Part shown: positions 62,142 to 64,000 of the stretch, one piece after another | Layout of the letters: each line of letters opens with the position of its first letter | Numbering within the stretch: the first letter of the stretch is position 1 | From: Vitrella brassicaformis CCMP3155 | Lineage: Eukaryota; Protista; Chromerida | Length of the DNA: 64,000 nucleotides | Assembly (NCBI GenBank): GCA_001179505.1 | Contig: CDMY01000253.1 | Coordinates: 1-64,000 of the forward strand | Reading direction: 5' to 3' | Program-made: the position numbers and the translations under genes | Notes under the pieces: model-generated | The model's input: only the letters and a program-made list of their open reading frames with translations | Database searches by the model: none | Told to the model about the DNA's origin: nothing

Positions 62142-63196
62142 TGGACTGACTGGACGAGGCATGATGATGCATAGATAGGGGGATGGGTGGGTCTGGCGAT
62201 CGACGCTGGGTGTTGTGACGATTCAGCTGGCCTTCGTTTTTGTGTCGTTTGTCGTGTGACTTGACCGACTTACCATGTCAATATGACCTTCGTGCGCGTG
62301 TGACCGTTGAGCGGAAAGGCATAGAGTAGTGTTCGAACACGTAAGCCACCGGTTTTGACCATACACCCGGCCCCTCACACTCCCACACATACAAACTCAC
62401 ACCTTCATTCACTTCATGACAGCCAGATATCTATGCTGTCCCTCCCGCACTTCGGGACTGCGGTGGCAAGCCAGCAGCCTGCGCATGCAGTAAGTAACAC
62501 ATAAAGGTGGGTGGGCAGCATTGCAACCTACCTACACTGGCTGCGTCCGGACTCGTTAGTTACATGTATCGATGTGCTCTACTACCGGTGGGTGCTGTGG
62601 ACGGGTCCATTGATGAATGAATGCTTCGTCTCTTCGTCGCTTCCCGACACGTTGTCTCTTTTCAGCCTCTCATGGCTGCCCACACTTTATATTTGAGTGG
62701 CGAGTGGTCTTCGCTGGTACCAGCTGGCTCGTTTCACTGTTTTGAAGGGGCGCACATCTCTGTGATGTGCTTGTCTTCAGTGTGCTGTAAGCTTAGGGGT
62801 GAAGATTTCACATGATGCAATGACGTACGCTTCAGAAGAGACACAAAACTGACACAAATGGTATCATGTTACCTCCAACGCATCTGTCTGTCAACGCCCA
62901 CATGTCCGCCTCCCCGCTCATCTATCTGCCTGCACCTCCCCTCCTGGTGTCTGCCTGGTCTGGCTATCACTTCCAGCCATCCCACGCTGTCAACTGGCCA
63001 ACGACTCACAAACTGAGAACCCGACAGACTGACAAGCAGACAGGCAGAGAGGCAGACGGCCGCTGCACACATGTATGGTATGGACACATCGCGACACCTC
63101 CTTTGAGCGTCGCTCCATCCATACACACACCTCTCCACAACTCACTCATTCCCTCAGCAGCCAGCCATACGCGCTGCATGCACCTATCGGCTCTGG

Positions 63197-63822
63197 TCAA
63201 AAGCCAAATCGAAGAAGCTCGTTGACCAGAGCCGTCAGGAAGACCAGCAGTTGATCTAGGAAGTAGTCGCTTTGGCTGCCTATCCGCTTCACAATGTCGT
63301 CCAGGTATGTGTTGACGACGTCAAGCAATTTCTTGACGAGATCTTCAGTGGCAGCCAGATGACCGGCGATCTCATCCTCGTCAGATCCCCGGGGCTTGCG
63401 AGGCTCGTCTGGGGTGGCTGCCGCCACTTTGGCCTTGAGCTCGTCAACTCGCTTCAGGGTCGCCCTGACCTCATCCACAATGCTGCTGCCACGAGGGTGG
63501 TCATCGGACTTCTCTGCAGCTGTCCCCGACACACACACACACACACACGCAACAAAGGTCACAGCAAGTAACGTCGGCCCTCACAGCAAGTGACGTCGGC
63601 CCCTCCTCCTTCCTTCCCGCCCTCGCTACAGGACCTACCATGTTCCTCTGATGTCTTGCCAATTGTTGCGAGGAACTCCTCCAATTGCTTAATGATGGCG
63701 TCGACGTCGCTGTCTCGGCTCTCTGCCTTCGATGAGCCACTCGACGGCGCGGCGGCGCAGAGGGGCGCTAGAAGGAGGATGGTAGCCACCAGGATGGCGC
63801 TTGTCATGACGTTCTTGTACAT
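63197..63822 (-). CDS. Small secreted amphipathic-helical orphan protein (2 exons)
   Basis: Signal peptide (MYKNV)MTSAILVATILLLAPLCAAA; helical repeats DVDAIIKQLEEFLATI, IVDEVRATLKRVDELKAKV and TEDLVKKLLDVVNTYLDDIVKRI; hydrophobic C-terminus FLDQLLVFLTALVNELLRFGF*. Confidence 0.75.
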
Positions 63823-64000
63823 ATCGCTTGCGTCAGCTTGACTCGGTGCAAAAGGTTTGTGTACCGGGACTGTAAATCTGTAAATGCGCTGACTTCCCCC
63901 AGACAGCGTCTATCGCATCCGATTCGTCGTATTCATGGACACGCACACAGAGCGATGCTATCCGTCTCTGGGCAGGCTGAGTCTCAACAGGGCAAACTCC

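Overview
This window is GC-rich, intron-dense eukaryotic nuclear DNA with GT-AG introns full of (CA)n, (CAGA)n and (GGAT)n microsatellites. There are three 300-N scaffold gaps. The composition and several signal-peptide + 'F' + transit-peptide leaders point to an alga with a complex red-derived plastid. A chromerid such as Vitrella is my inference and was not verified. Most of the ORF track is noise; I assembled genes by hand from splice-compatible exons, and no database searches were run. About 17 genes were reconstructed: a plastid-leader coiled-coil protein, an SLC13/TrkA-C anion transporter, an ABC1/UbiB kinase, an IQ-motif protein, a PIERCE/DUF4490-like axonemal protein, a RanBP2-type Zn-finger protein, a histidine phosphatase, a large PHD-Zn knuckle-ePHD chromatin reader with a Lys/Ala-rich tail, a carotenoid cleavage oxygenase, a GST-like protein, two secreted orphans, a head-to-head pair of spherulin/germin-like cupins, a THUMP tRNA methyltransferase, a TPR protein and a type II membrane protein with a C-terminal PRKCSH-like module. 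Three regions stand out. (1) The cupin pair (45-47.8 kb): one paralog carries a C-terminal EGF module on a symmetric phase-1 exon and lacks the first germin-box His, while the other carries an N-terminal cystine knot. (2) A 36.8-43.5 kb exon-shuffling patchwork of co-oriented kinase, PHD and SAP/HeH-like fragments, duplicated together with their introns. (3) A pair of ~1 kb direct repeats at 54.5 and 57.7 kb.
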